Shown here one piece after another: positions 18,816 through 29,337 of a DNA stretch of 64,000 nucleotides (positions are counted from its first letter, which is position 1; every line of letters starts with the position of its first letter). Origin of the DNA: a bacterium (GTDB lineage Bacteria; SAR324; JACQKK01); assembly GCA_965240465.1 (NCBI GenBank), contig OZ251219.1, positions 6,382 to 70,381 on the forward strand. Reading direction: 5' to 3'. The position numbers and the translations under genes were made by a program. The notes under the pieces are model-generated. The model was not told the origin of the DNA, ran no database searches, and saw only the letters and a list, made by a program, of their open reading frames with translations.

Positions 18816-21290
18816 ATGGATAGTGTAGACAAAATTATTGAAAATGGTGTAAAAACCAAATTATTATCTATTGATCTTGATGAAGACAATATAGTCTACG
18901 AAATTCAAAATAAAATATATAAGTTTTCTAACCCAGAAGAAAAAGTAAGGGCTATTACTTATATTAATTTAGTTGAAAAATATAATTATTCTCCCTATTT
19001 AATTGATTTTGAAGTTCCTGTACCTAGAAGAACACCCAATGATTTGGCAGATATTGTTGTATATAAGGATGATAAAAAGACACAAAACTATTTAGTGGTT
19101 GAAAATAAGAAAAGAAATATTAGTGATACTGAATTTAATCAAGCAATAGAACAGGGTTTTGGTAATGCTAATAGTTTAAGAGCAGAATATTTATTAGTTT
19201 CTAATTTAGATAATTTTAAATGTTATGATGTTCAAAATTTTGCTCCAAATGAAAGATTAGATAATCAAATACAAGATATACCAATTAATTATGGATCAGT
19301 ACCTGAATACAAATATATAAAAAATCAAAGTGCTCTGGAGATAGTATCTTTTGAAAAATTATCTAAAGTATTCAAGAAATGTCACGATATTATTTGGTCT
19401 GGTGGCAAATTAGACCCTTCTTCTGCTTTTGATGAAATGAGCAAAATTTTATTTGCTAAAATTCAAGATGAAAGAAATACCAAAAACAATGAAGCATATA
19501 AACTTCAGGTTGGTACATACGAGAATGAAGTAGTAGTATCTCATAGAGTGTTAGAACTTTATCAAGATGCCCAAAAACTTGACCCTGCTGTATTCTGTGA
19601 AGGTATTAATGTAACATACCCAAAAATATTTCAAGTTGTAAAATTATTACAAAATATTTCTTTAAGTGAAACTGATATTGATGCCAAAGGACAAGCATTT
19701 GAAAAATTCTTGGGAGTGGTTTTTAGAGGTGGTTTAGGTCAATATTTTACAAGAAGACAAATAGTAGAATTTGTTGTAGATTTTTTAGAACCATCAGATG
19801 GCGACTATATATTAGACCCCAGTTGTGGCAGTGGTGGTTTCTTATTATATAGTTTAAAAAAAGTAATAGAACAAATTAAAAATGATCATAAGGGAGATAA
19901 CGATTTAATAGCAAGAAAAACACAAAACTTCTCTAATCAAAATATTTATGGTATAGAAATCAATGACAAGATTTCAAGAGTTTCTAAAATGGATATGGTT
20001 ATAAATGGTGATGGTCATACTAATATTGAAAACAATACAGGACTAAATAATATTTATCAAAATCCAAATATACACTACGGTAAATTCTCTCTTATATTAA
20101 GCAATCCACCTTTTGGGGTAAAAATAAAAAAGGGCAATAGAGATGATTTAGGTAATAATGATTTTAATAATTTTGAATTTGGAAAAGGTAAAAGTGTAGA
20201 TTCTGATATTCTGTTTCTGGAACAATATCATAAATTCTTAACGAGTGAAGCAAGAAAAAAACCTAGACTTGGAGTAGTTGTTCAGACTGGAATAATTAAT
20301 AATCCAAGTAATAAAAGATTACTTGAGTGGATAAAGTGTAATTTTAAAATTATAGGAATAATTAATCTTCCTATATTTTCTTTTAGAAAAGCTGGTTCAG
20401 GTATGAAAACTGTTTTGTTATTCCTGTCTAAATACCCAAAGCCTTATAAATCAATAAAATATGTTCCTAATTATGAATTATTTTTTTCTATAGCAGAGCA
20501 TATTGGATATGATAGCACTTTAAGAGATGATACTAATGATTTACCATGCATATTAAAAGAATATAAACAACATATTAATTCAAAAAATAGTTTCTGGTAT
20601 GAATTTAAAAATTTAGAATATAGGATAGACCCTATTTATTACAAAAATAAGCAATTAATATCAAAACAAATTAACGAATTTAAAAAACATAATATAAAAG
20701 TTGTAAGACTATCAAATATTTTAGCGGATGGTGAGGTATCTGGCAAATCTCCAGAAGGTGGTGTTACTAGAAGCACAGGTGAAATTCCAAGTATAACAAT
20801 TAGTAACATAACAAAAGAAGGAAATATTAGTTTTGATGACGATATAAATTTTGTACCAGAAGCATTTTATGAGAATTTTAACAAAATAAAAGGAAAAGCA
20901 AAAATAGGAGATATTTTAATTGCCAAAGATGGTGCTACCACAGGAAAAACTGCTATGATAACTGAAGACTATTTAGAAACTATTTTTAGTGAACATGTAT
21001 TTAGATTAAGGGTTTGTAGCAATATATCATCATCTTATATACACGCATTTTTGAATAGTAAATTGGGTCAATTACAAATAGAGACTGTTATTTCAGGTGG
21101 TGCTCAAGGTGGGATTACCAAAGGATTTTCAGAAAATATTTTTATACCTTTAATTAAAAACCAAGATAATATTGCAAAATATTGGGAAGAAAATATCACT
21201 ATTATTGAAGAACTAAAGAAAGAATATACTGGAAAAACTGATGAATTAAAAAATGGCATTGTAGAAAAAATTATTATGGAGTCAAATTAA
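18816..21290 (+). CDS. Type IIG-like fused restriction-modification enzyme (HsdR_N-type nuclease + N6-adenine MTase + TRD)
   Basis: PEEKVR, ADIVVY..VVENK (PD-(D/E)xK), GQYFT, DPSCGSGGF (motif I), NPPF (motif IV), C-terminal HsdS-like TRD; much more AT-rich than flanks. Confidence 0.9.
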   Translation: MDSVDKIIENGVKTKLLSIDLDEDNIVYEIQNKIYKFSNPEEKVRAITYINLVEKYNYSPYLIDFEVPVPRRTPNDLADIVVYKDDKKTQNYLVVENKKRNISDTEFNQAIEQGFGNANSLRAEYLLVSNLDNFKCYDVQNFAPNERLDNQIQDIPINYGSVPEYKYIKNQSALEIVSFEKLSKVFKKCHDIIWSGGKLDPSSAFDEMSKILFAKIQDERNTKNNEAYKLQVGTYENEVVVSHRVLELYQDAQKLDPAVFCEGINVTYPKIFQVVKLLQNISLSETDIDAKGQAFEKFLGVVFRGGLGQYFTRRQIVEFVVDFLEPSDGDYILDPSCGSGGFLLYSLKKVIEQIKNDHKGDNDLIARKTQNFSNQNIYGIEINDKISRVSKMDMVINGDGHTNIENNTGLNNIYQNPNIHYGKFSLILSNPPFGVKIKKGNRDDLGNNDFNNFEFGKGKSVDSDILFLEQYHKFLTSEARKKPRLGVVVQTGIINNPSNKRLLEWIKCNFKIIGIINLPIFSFRKAGSGMKTVLLFLSKYPKPYKSIKYVPNYELFFSIAEHIGYDSTLRDDTNDLPCILKEYKQHINSKNSFWYEFKNLEYRIDPIYYKNKQLISKQINEFKKHNIKVVRLSNILADGEVSGKSPEGGVTRSTGEIPSITISNITKEGNISFDDDINFVPEAFYENFNKIKGKAKIGDILIAKDGATTGKTAMITEDYLETIFSEHVFRLRVCSNISSSYIHAFLNSKLGQLQIETVISGGAQGGITKGFSENIFIPLIKNQDNIAKYWEENITIIEELKKEYTGKTDELKNGIVEKIIMESN

Positions 21291-21296
21291 AATGAC

Positions 21297-21591
21297 AGGG
21301 ATAGCCTAGTTTGAATTTTTTATCAATTTCGTCTTTGAGATTATCTTTATCGTCTTTGGCTTCCCAGTAGAAGTGCAATTCACCTGCTTGGATGGTGGCA
21401 TCGGGTATTTTATTATTGGGTAGGGGTTTTTCCACCACAAATTTCCAGCCTCTTTGCTTGCAGCAGTAGGACAACAATTCTTTCATGGGTTCACGAGTGC
21501 TTAGTTCATTTGGATTATCTTCTAGCAGCGATTGTAGGTGTGGGTAGTAGTGATCTACAATACGCGTTTGGGTGGGTTTAAGTGTTGGCAT
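21297..21591 (-). pseudogene. N-terminal remnant of the same Type ISP-like R-M enzyme
   Basis: NELSTREPMKELL...IPDATI...YWEAKDDKDNLKDEIDKKFKLGYP then abrupt truncation at the end of the IIG gene. Confidence 0.7.
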
Positions 21592-21593
21592 CG

Positions 21594-23063
21594 CTAGTCA
21601 TTATGGAAGAGGGGAGGGAATTTCACTGAGTCGCTGGGTTTGGGGATGAAGGATGGTGTATTGAGACCTAAGCCGAGTTGTTTGCTAGAGTTTTCTCCCC
21701 AGCAGAAGACATTATTTTGGCGAGACATAAGGCAAGTATGATGGCTAGCATCTGCGGCAGCTATTATTTCTGGCAATATAACGTGCTGGGCTGGTCTTCT
21801 GATATTGGTGGTGTTATTGACTCCGAGTTGTCCTGAGTTATTTTCTCCCCAGCAGTCTAGTTCTAGTGTAGCGAGTATGCAAGTGTAGTTGTTGCCAGCG
21901 ATTGCCTTAGTGACAAACGTTCGTGAAGCAACTGCGGCGGTGGGTCTGGCACAGATGGAGTTTGAGCAATTTGAGGGGGGTGGTTCATAAATGCCGAGTT
22001 GTCCATAGGAGTTATCACCCCAGCAATGGATTTCCTTGGCTTCGCTAATGAGGCAAGCATGTTGCCCTCCTGCGAGCAACGCGCCTGGGGGTTTATACCA
22101 TTGGATAGGGGCAGGACTACCTGTTTTACTGATGTAATTACGTCCTAGTTGTCCTTCGGCATTGCGTCCCCAGCAGTGGATGCTATGAAGAAGCATCGCG
22201 CAAGAGAATCCTTGCCCAGTGGCGATACTCAGAGCAGGTGCAGACAGCACAACTAAATGCGAGATACGCCTGCTAGGGTGTACGCCTAGTTGTCCGTAGC
22301 GATTATCTCCCCAGCATTGGATGGTACCGTTATCCAGCAGAGCACATGTATGGGCTCCTGCCGCGGAGATTTCGGTAGCCTTGTCTTCCAGCGAGATTGT
22401 TATCGGTTGGCTGCAATGGCTAGGGTCTTCACATTCGGTGCCTGATGCTAACCCTAGCTGTCCGAAGGAGTTATCGCCCCAACATTGAACAACACCATCA
22501 TCCAGCAGAGCACATGTGTGTGAAATCCCTGCCGATACCGATTGTGCTAACTGGCTGAGCCTAACAGGTCTGGTAGGCACTGAAAAAAGGCAGGTTTCCT
22601 TATCGTCACTACTGGAGATCTCGCAAGGCAGAGCAGTATCGGGCTTGATGCCTGATTCTCCTACGAGGTTGCCTCCCCAGCAATATACATCGCCCCGAGA
22701 ATGTAGCGTACAAGTGTGTCCGACTCCCACTGCGATACCTGCAGAGCCTCTTCTCCGCCTGTTTTGACCTTGCAATACGAGAGCTTGAATTCTTGCATTT
22801 TCCCGCGCAACAGCAGTAGCAACAGCAGCAGCAGCAACAGCAGTAGCAACAGTAGTGGCTTCTTTTTGCTCTGCGGTTTTAGGTGGCTTGATTGAGGTTG
22901 ATTTTTCAGGAGTACAGCTTGCTGTAGTTCCTATTAAGAGAACACACCAAACCGTTAACAAAATGTTCCTGTGAATAATCACCAATTTGTAACACTCAAC
23001 AACTATTCTTCGGAATTTCTCATTGCTGGGAATTCTTTTGCCAGAATGTCCCACTAGTCGCAA
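21594..23063 (-). CDS. RCC1-repeat beta-propeller lipoprotein
   Basis: Repeated AG.HTCAL..G.V.CWG.N..GQLG; TTASC lipobox-like; Cys-rich inserts. Confidence 0.85.
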   Translation of the reverse strand: MRLVGHSGKRIPSNEKFRRIVVECYKLVIIHRNILLTVWCVLLIGTTASCTPEKSTSIKPPKTAEQKEATTVATAVAAAAVATAVARENARIQALVLQGQNRRRRGSAGIAVGVGHTCTLHSRGDVYCWGGNLVGESGIKPDTALPCEISSSDDKETCLFSVPTRPVRLSQLAQSVSAGISHTCALLDDGVVQCWGDNSFGQLGLASGTECEDPSHCSQPITISLEDKATEISAAGAHTCALLDNGTIQCWGDNRYGQLGVHPSRRISHLVVLSAPALSIATGQGFSCAMLLHSIHCWGRNAEGQLGRNYISKTGSPAPIQWYKPPGALLAGGQHACLISEAKEIHCWGDNSYGQLGIYEPPPSNCSNSICARPTAAVASRTFVTKAIAGNNYTCILATLELDCWGENNSGQLGVNNTTNIRRPAQHVILPEIIAAADASHHTCLMSRQNNVFCWGENSSKQLGLGLNTPSFIPKPSDSVKFPPLFHND

Positions 23064-23264
23064 TATTTAACGACTGCGACAACATAGCATATTAACTTTT
23101 ATTTATTTTAGGAAATAATCTGGTTATTACTTGTATTTAAGTAAATACTGCGTGATAATAGTAAGAGGTAATGTAATAAGCCTTGATTAACACTAATTCT
23201 TACATCCTTGATATATTAAAAAATTGATGATTAAGCTAAACAAATTCAGAAAAAAAGGTTAAAA

Positions 23265-25427
23265 ATGCAAAGATTCTTTCATACTGCGATTATATTTTCA
23301 TTTGTTTTCCTTCTTTTAAGTGGTTGTGGGGGAGGCAATAATACTAGTAGTAGTAGTGTCTCTGCAACAACACCCGAGGGGCTTCCCGATAAAGACGGCG
23401 ACGGAGTGGACGATGATAGTGATGCCTTCCCCGATGACGCCGCGGAGAGTGTAGATTCAGACGGCGATGGCATCGGCAACAATGAAGACCTTAACGATGA
23501 CAATGACGAGTTTCTTGACACGGATGACGTCGATAGCAATGGCAATGGCCTAATTGAATTACTTGATAGCACTATGCTGGATGCCGTTCGCAATGATTTA
23601 ACAGGTGCTAGCTACAAAGCAACCGCCACTGATATCGGCGATAGCATAGGGTGCCCGCTCAATGGTTGCACAGGCTACGAAATATTGACTGATATAGATT
23701 TATCATCATTAGATAATTGGACTCCGATTGGAGGAAAATTGAATCTTTCAACAGTACCAGAAGATTTCGGTAGCACCTTTAACGGTAATGGTAAAGCCAT
23801 CCTCAATATGAATATTAGCAGCTCCTCCAATCGGTTGGGATTGTTTGCTAACATTTCGGGCACTGTCACCGATCTAAAAGTAGATTCTGCCAGAATTGTT
23901 GGTGATGGGACACCAGATGGTACGCAGATTGGTGCCTTAGCAGCAAGTAGTTCAGTAACTGCGGTTATCAGCAATAATTCTGTAGATAGAACTACTATAA
24001 ATGCATCGTCCAGCAAGGATATCATCGGTGGGATAGTGGGTTATAATTTGGGTACAATTGATAATGGTTCTTCCAATTTAACTATCGGTGGTGGTGGCAA
24101 TGCCGACTTTATCGGTGGGATAGTAGGGTCTAACCCAGGAACTATTAAAAATAGTTCCTCCAGTGTTTCCAGTAATGGCAATGCTGGCGACGATGCTATC
24201 GGCGGAATAGCAGGATATAACACTAGCACTATAAGAAATAGCTACTCCAAAGGAGCCAATTTATCGGGCGATGATGACAGAGATTTATTGGGAGGTATAG
24301 TAGGCAGGAGTGAAAGCACAAATGCCACTATCCTAGACAGCTACTCTGACAAACTTGTGATAGCGGGCAACGCTGATGATGATACCATCGGTGGAATAGC
24401 AGGATATAGCACTGGCACTATAAGAAATAGCTACTCCAAAGGAGCCAATTTATCGGGCAATGATGACAGAGATTACGTGGGGGGCGTAGTAGGCAGGGGT
24501 GGAAGCACAAGTGTTACTATCATAAACAGCTACTCTGAGAAATCCGTACTTAAAGGTAACAGTGGACATGATTATGTAGGTGGAGTAATCGGGAAGCTAG
24601 AAGGAGGAAATGCTCGGTCGGTGTACAACACCGGTAATGTGCAAGGCAATGAAGGTTCAGATTCTGTTGGTGGGTTAATCGGCCAAAATGATTCCGAACT
24701 TAGAGAAGGCTACAGTACTGGAAATATCTATGGAAATGCTGGTAATGACAATGTAGGAGGATTGGTAGGGTTAAACAATGGCAATGTTCTTTATTCTTAC
24801 GCTAATGATGGAGTAGTGAAGGGAGATACTGGCAATGATAATGTGGGGGGATTAATTGGATTAAGCAAACCCACTAGCGAAATAGCCCTGACAAATAGCT
24901 ATTCCAACATCAATGTTTATGGTGGTGAAGGGATGGATTCGGTAGGCGGAACAGTTGGAAAAATTCAATCAACGAGTGCCAAGTCTGTATTTGAATACAT
25001 CTACTCTAGGGGAAGAATCTTTGGTGATAGCGGCGTAGACACAATAGGAGGAATCATAGGAACCGCGATAAATTTTAGGATCAAAAATAGTTATACCACC
25101 GTTAATGTTGACGGCGGTGCTGAAGTGGATAAAGTAGGCGGAATGGTTGGGGCTTATGATTCCTCAGCCTATTCTGAAATCAGCAAATCTTATCGTTCTG
25201 GTAGTGGAAACCCCGACGGTACATCAGAACTTAATTACTCACAAGATAGCACTAATGGTGGTGGCAGCGGATTGCCACCAGGAGAAATAACTATCAAAGA
25301 ATGGACGATTAATAACGTCCCGTGGCCTACAAATGTTTCCAATTTATACTGGGACTTTGGTACCAATAAACAGCTTCCAGCCTTAAAAGCGAACGGTTCT
25401 TCAAAGTTATTACCCGGACAAAGATAA
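23265..25427 (+). CDS. Surface lipoprotein with Ca-binding DxDxDG (TSP3-like) repeats and GLUG-like repeats
   Basis: LSGC lipobox; DKDGDGVDDDSDAFPDD; repeated D.VGGLVG...NSYS.G; WDFGT.KQLPAL. Confidence 0.85.
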   Translation: MQRFFHTAIIFSFVFLLLSGCGGGNNTSSSSVSATTPEGLPDKDGDGVDDDSDAFPDDAAESVDSDGDGIGNNEDLNDDNDEFLDTDDVDSNGNGLIELLDSTMLDAVRNDLTGASYKATATDIGDSIGCPLNGCTGYEILTDIDLSSLDNWTPIGGKLNLSTVPEDFGSTFNGNGKAILNMNISSSSNRLGLFANISGTVTDLKVDSARIVGDGTPDGTQIGALAASSSVTAVISNNSVDRTTINASSSKDIIGGIVGYNLGTIDNGSSNLTIGGGGNADFIGGIVGSNPGTIKNSSSSVSSNGNAGDDAIGGIAGYNTSTIRNSYSKGANLSGDDDRDLLGGIVGRSESTNATILDSYSDKLVIAGNADDDTIGGIAGYSTGTIRNSYSKGANLSGNDDRDYVGGVVGRGGSTSVTIINSYSEKSVLKGNSGHDYVGGVIGKLEGGNARSVYNTGNVQGNEGSDSVGGLIGQNDSELREGYSTGNIYGNAGNDNVGGLVGLNNGNVLYSYANDGVVKGDTGNDNVGGLIGLSKPTSEIALTNSYSNINVYGGEGMDSVGGTVGKIQSTSAKSVFEYIYSRGRIFGDSGVDTIGGIIGTAINFRIKNSYTTVNVDGGAEVDKVGGMVGAYDSSAYSEISKSYRSGSGNPDGTSELNYSQDSTNGGGSGLPPGEITIKEWTINNVPWPTNVSNLYWDFGTNKQLPALKANGSSKLLPGQR
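24198..24538 (+). repeat. Internal ~152-bp duplicated block (24198-24349 / 24387-24538, period 189 bp)
   Basis: Near-identical nucleotide blocks encoding IGGIAGY...RNSYSKGANLSG.DDRD. Confidence 0.9.
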
Positions 25428-25519
25428 AAACTATGGAGCTAATCCGTGGGAATGGCGGATGGCGGGAAATTCCTCGGCAACCTTGCTGGTACTTTATCCA
25501 CTGGATTCGGGTTTAGCTG

Positions 25520-25987
25520 CTATAGAGCTGGCTGGGTGGTAGATTTAGCGATGCGTTTGGTTTCCATCATCAGGCTGTGATTGACGACCAGCATGCTTTG
25601 CAAACGCCGTACTAATAGACGCTCATGAGGATCTAGACGGTTATCAGCAAAGAGTACCTTCCAAATCATAATCAGTATTTCTTTTTTCTGGGATTGATCC
25701 AGGTGCTGGGAAAGAGTATGAGTGAATGGCCAAAGGTCTGATTGTTTTTCCATTTCCTGCTTGGCTTGTTGAATAATATCTTGAGCGAGTTGGGTATCAA
25801 TTTGAAAATGCTGTTTTAAGGATTTTAGGATAATCTGTTGTTCGGTATGAGTAATTTGCTCATCTATTTCTGCGGCTTCTAGCAAAATGGCACAAACTGC
25901 TAGGGGGAGGTTAATTTGTTTTTCAGTTTGGCGGGTTATTTTTTCGGTTTTAATAATAGAGTTAATCCAGTTTTTCATGATGAGCAA
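25520..25987 (-). CDS. TerB-family protein
   Basis: LAVCAILLEAAEIDEQITHTE...WKVLFADNRLDPHE. Confidence 0.8.
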   Translation of the reverse strand: MLIMKNWINSIIKTEKITRQTEKQINLPLAVCAILLEAAEIDEQITHTEQQIILKSLKQHFQIDTQLAQDIIQQAKQEMEKQSDLWPFTHTLSQHLDQSQKKEILIMIWKVLFADNRLDPHERLLVRRLQSMLVVNHSLMMETKRIAKSTTQPAL

Positions 25988-27894
25988 TTTTGTTGAAGGA
26001 AGTAAAAAAAGCGGGGGCTTATAACGGGAAGCTGGGGAGGAAGAAATAGTGGTCCTGGTGGTGGAGAGGGAATCAGGAGTAGCTGCGAGGGCATAGATTG
26101 TTGTAACAGGTTTTGTAGTGAATTTGGCTGTTTGAGTATCCTTAATCTTTCAATAAATATTAGTTGCCAAGGAGATACTTGTGCTAGTCCTTTTTCCAGA
26201 GCGATGCGTGCTCGTTGTTTTTGTCCTTGGGCAATTGCCGTTCGGCTAAGTCCTTCCAACAGCAGGGGACTATTGGGAAAGGTATTTAGGGCTCGGTTAT
26301 AGATGCGTTGGGCTTCTTTGACTTGTCCATTAAGATGTAGCATATCTCCTGCGAGACGGGCAGCCCATCCATTGGTAGCAGGACTACTAAGCCAAGGACG
26401 CAGAGTATTTTGTGCCGCCCGAGTTTTCTTTAGAGCGTTCAGGGAAATAGCTTTTAATATCTGCACCCGCCAAGGAGAAATGCCAAACTCGGTATCCTGT
26501 GCTGATATTTGAGATACGATAGAAAGAGCTTTAGAGTATCGCTGAGTAAGGTATGCCTGTCTGGCACGGGCAAAGGCGACATGCTGAGGTGCTGCCAGTG
26601 GGCCGATAGAGTTAATAATATCCAAGGCTTGCTGGAAATCCTGTGCCAGAGTGGCTATATCAACCTTAAGCAGTAATGCTTGGGTGTCATGTGGTGAGTG
26701 TTCCAAGTACTTATTAAGAAGTCGCTGGGCTTCTTCTTGTCTAGATTGTTGGATCAGAACCGCAATACGCAACAAATGGGTGTGACGATGATTAGATTGA
26801 ATTCTTTCAGCTTGTTCAATCTCTACTTGGGCCAGGTCTGATCGGCTGAGAGATAGATAGACCGAAGCACGCATGCGTCGTACCCAAGGAGTTACCGCAT
26901 GAGCCGAAGATAAATTAAGTACCTGCTGTAATGTTTCCAGCACTTGCTGAGGCTGATAAGCTTGCAATTGCATCTGAGCAAGTACCAAGCGGGTTTTTAC
27001 ATCTTTGGGATATTTTTGTTGTCGTGCTTGGAGCAGTGCTTGGGCGGATTTGGGTTGTCCTTTGCTTTGCGTTAACAAGGCTCTATAGATGTGAGAGTTA
27101 GTAAGTGAGACATCGGAAGCAAAGGAACTCTGTAGGGCTTGGGACAATTCCTGCCAGCGTGCTAGCCGCCAGAGGAAATCAATACGTTCTTCAATGAGGC
27201 ATTGGCTATGAGGATATTTCTTTAATCCATCATCCAATATTTTCAGTGCCTGCTGCGACCTCCCATAAAGATGTTCCAAACGTGCCATTAGCACCCTAAC
27301 CACAGGGCTCTCAGACAGACCATTCAGGCGTGCCGAAGCCAAATACAGCTGACCGCTATCCAGAAGTATTTCTGCTAAGGCTTCATCCAGAGCAGAACGG
27401 CGGCCAGAATTAATTTCAGTTTGCTGCAAAATATTTTCCGCCTGTTGCCACTTACCTTGCTCAGCCAAAACGCTTCCTAGTAACAACCCTGTCTGCCAAT
27501 CACGGGGAGAAACCACTACCGCCTGTTCCAATATCTGTAGTGCCTGAATACTATACCCATTCGCTAACAAGGCTTGACCTAAAATAATCAAATTCTTGCC
27601 CTGTAGAGGTTGCAAACGCCAGGCAACTTCAGCCTCAGATTGGGCTTCCTGAGTATCTCCCCTTGCCAATAAAAACTGTGCCAGCTCCCTATGTGCTCTT
27701 GCACTACCAGCACGACGCTCAACCCTAGCACGCAAATTACGCTCCTCTCCCCCTACCTCAGCACCAAACTTTCCCTCCAACCCTGCAGTACCTGAACTAC
27801 AACCCAGTGAACCAGCTATCAACATCCCGAACGCTAGAAAAACACACGCCTGCCTAACTACCCAACATTTGACAATCAAAAACACACTCATCAA
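25975..27894 (-). CDS. Tetratricopeptide-repeat lipoprotein
   Basis: SLGC lipobox; repeated helical TPR-like units. Confidence 0.7.
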   Translation of the reverse strand: MMSVFLIVKCWVVRQACVFLAFGMLIAGSLGCSSGTAGLEGKFGAEVGGEERNLRARVERRAGSARAHRELAQFLLARGDTQEAQSEAEVAWRLQPLQGKNLIILGQALLANGYSIQALQILEQAVVVSPRDWQTGLLLGSVLAEQGKWQQAENILQQTEINSGRRSALDEALAEILLDSGQLYLASARLNGLSESPVVRVLMARLEHLYGRSQQALKILDDGLKKYPHSQCLIEERIDFLWRLARWQELSQALQSSFASDVSLTNSHIYRALLTQSKGQPKSAQALLQARQQKYPKDVKTRLVLAQMQLQAYQPQQVLETLQQVLNLSSAHAVTPWVRRMRASVYLSLSRSDLAQVEIEQAERIQSNHRHTHLLRIAVLIQQSRQEEAQRLLNKYLEHSPHDTQALLLKVDIATLAQDFQQALDIINSIGPLAAPQHVAFARARQAYLTQRYSKALSIVSQISAQDTEFGISPWRVQILKAISLNALKKTRAAQNTLRPWLSSPATNGWAARLAGDMLHLNGQVKEAQRIYNRALNTFPNSPLLLEGLSRTAIAQGQKQRARIALEKGLAQVSPWQLIFIERLRILKQPNSLQNLLQQSMPSQLLLIPSPPPGPLFLPPQLPVISPRFFYFLQQNCSS

Positions 27895-28664
27895 GAACCT
27901 CTCTTCTTCTTTCTGGAACCCAAATCCAGCCGTAATACTTTAGCTGATGGCCCCTCATTCCCTTGGTTATCCACCAATCGCAAAGTGAACTCCCTAGCTA
28001 CCCGAGCATCACCAGCTACGGGAAACCATACCCACTGTGTAGATGTCAGCGGTTCCTTGTTTAGTGGGCGTAAGGACCAATCCTCCCCTTCAGTACGACC
28101 ATATATGTTGACCCTTACTCCTCCAATCAAATCATCAACTGGCTGCCAAAACAAGCGTATAGCATCCGTACCCAAACGTTTCAAACTTAAGTGCCACCTA
28201 GGAATATCCACCATCCCAATAAATAACTTACTCTCTGTCTCAGCTCCAAATCCGCCGTTTAGCAACTTCACACTAACCCCCGCTTGCAAAGAATACTCCC
28301 GTACATCCCTCAAAAGAACATATCGCCAAGCACCTTCTGAACGATATTGCATCCCAGCTCCCCCCTTTGCTATCTCTACCCCATCTAATTCTCTAAACAG
28401 TTCTTCGGCTACCTTCCAAATCTTCCGCTCTTTTGGCTCACACAGAACACATCCGCGTACTAGGTACTCCACCCTCAAACGCCACTCAGCTACTTCTGTA
28501 CCAACAACCCTGCTCATTCGCCAACCTAGCCACATGTTGCCATCAATATGGCGTAACTCTACTTCCATAGGCCGTGGACGCAACAAAAAACCCGGCTGTG
28601 GTGCCAAATTAGAACCACAACCTACCAATACTAACCACAACAATCCAAAGCCTAAATTCCTCAT
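27891..28664 (-). CDS. Hypothetical lipoprotein (possible FN3-like domains)
   Basis: LVGC lipobox, CxxC, L.WQP...LRLVDNQGNEGPS; in operon with ogt and TPR gene. Confidence 0.6.
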   Translation of the reverse strand: MRNLGFGLLWLVLVGCGSNLAPQPGFLLRPRPMEVELRHIDGNMWLGWRMSRVVGTEVAEWRLRVEYLVRGCVLCEPKERKIWKVAEELFRELDGVEIAKGGAGMQYRSEGAWRYVLLRDVREYSLQAGVSVKLLNGGFGAETESKLFIGMVDIPRWHLSLKRLGTDAIRLFWQPVDDLIGGVRVNIYGRTEGEDWSLRPLNKEPLTSTQWVWFPVAGDARVAREFTLRLVDNQGNEGPSAKVLRLDLGSRKKKRGS

Positions 28665-28686
28665 AAAAAACTCCCCAAACTATTAC

Positions 28687-29148
28687 CTAACCTTCCAATT
28701 CCAATAACTCGCGCTTAAGCCACAAACCTCCTCCATACCCACCTAACCCCCCATCCCATGATATTACCCGATGACAAGGCACTACCACAGATAATAAATT
28801 ACTCCCCAACGCACCACCAACAGCCCTAGCTCCACCATCGCAACCCAAACGACTTGCCAAGCTACCATAACTCAAGGTCTCGCCATACTTGATTTCAGCT
28901 AACTCCTTCCACACCCCACAACGAAAATCACTCCCTTCCATCCGCAAGGGTAAATCAAACTCTCTTAGTTCTCCACTAAAGTACAAACTAAACTGACGCT
29001 CAACCGCTCTAAAAGACCTGGCATCACGCTCCCAATCATTAACCCGAGGTACCGTCATATGCTCCTTAAAACAAATACCCTCCACCTGCTTACCATCACC
29101 CCACGCCAATATTTCTCCATAGGGACTATCAAACTGATGAAACAACAT
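28687..29148 (-). CDS. ogt: Methylated-DNA--protein-cysteine methyltransferase
   Basis: YGETLSYG, ARAVGGA, VVVPCHRV, LGGYGGG. Confidence 0.95.
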   Translation of the reverse strand: MLFHQFDSPYGEILAWGDGKQVEGICFKEHMTVPRVNDWERDARSFRAVERQFSLYFSGELREFDLPLRMEGSDFRCGVWKELAEIKYGETLSYGSLASRLGCDGGARAVGGALGSNLLSVVVPCHRVISWDGGLGGYGGGLWLKRELLELEG

Positions 29149-29337
29149 GGCATACTCCTTTAACTACATAATTGTTTGATTATAGAAGTCTGGTGAAATT
29201 TCAGGCATAAAACAATCATGAACCACGAATTTATTGTTGTTTGTGAAAAATAAATCAGTTTCCTTGGCTGTGCTTAGCTGTGCTTAGCTATCTAGTATCA
29301 AGGAATATATGCTAGTAACGATGCTCGGGGAGGGAGT

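Noticed and set aside
24198-24538. Diversity-generating retroelement TR/VR pair (also considered for the GT-C duplicates)
   Set aside because: About half of the mismatches are not at adenines, both copies are coding, the GT-C pair has indels, and no reverse transcriptase is in the window
27985-28707. 240-aa plus-strand ORF
   Set aside because: Antisense shadow of the lipoprotein gene; P/T/S/N-rich, consistent with the G-poor strand having few stops
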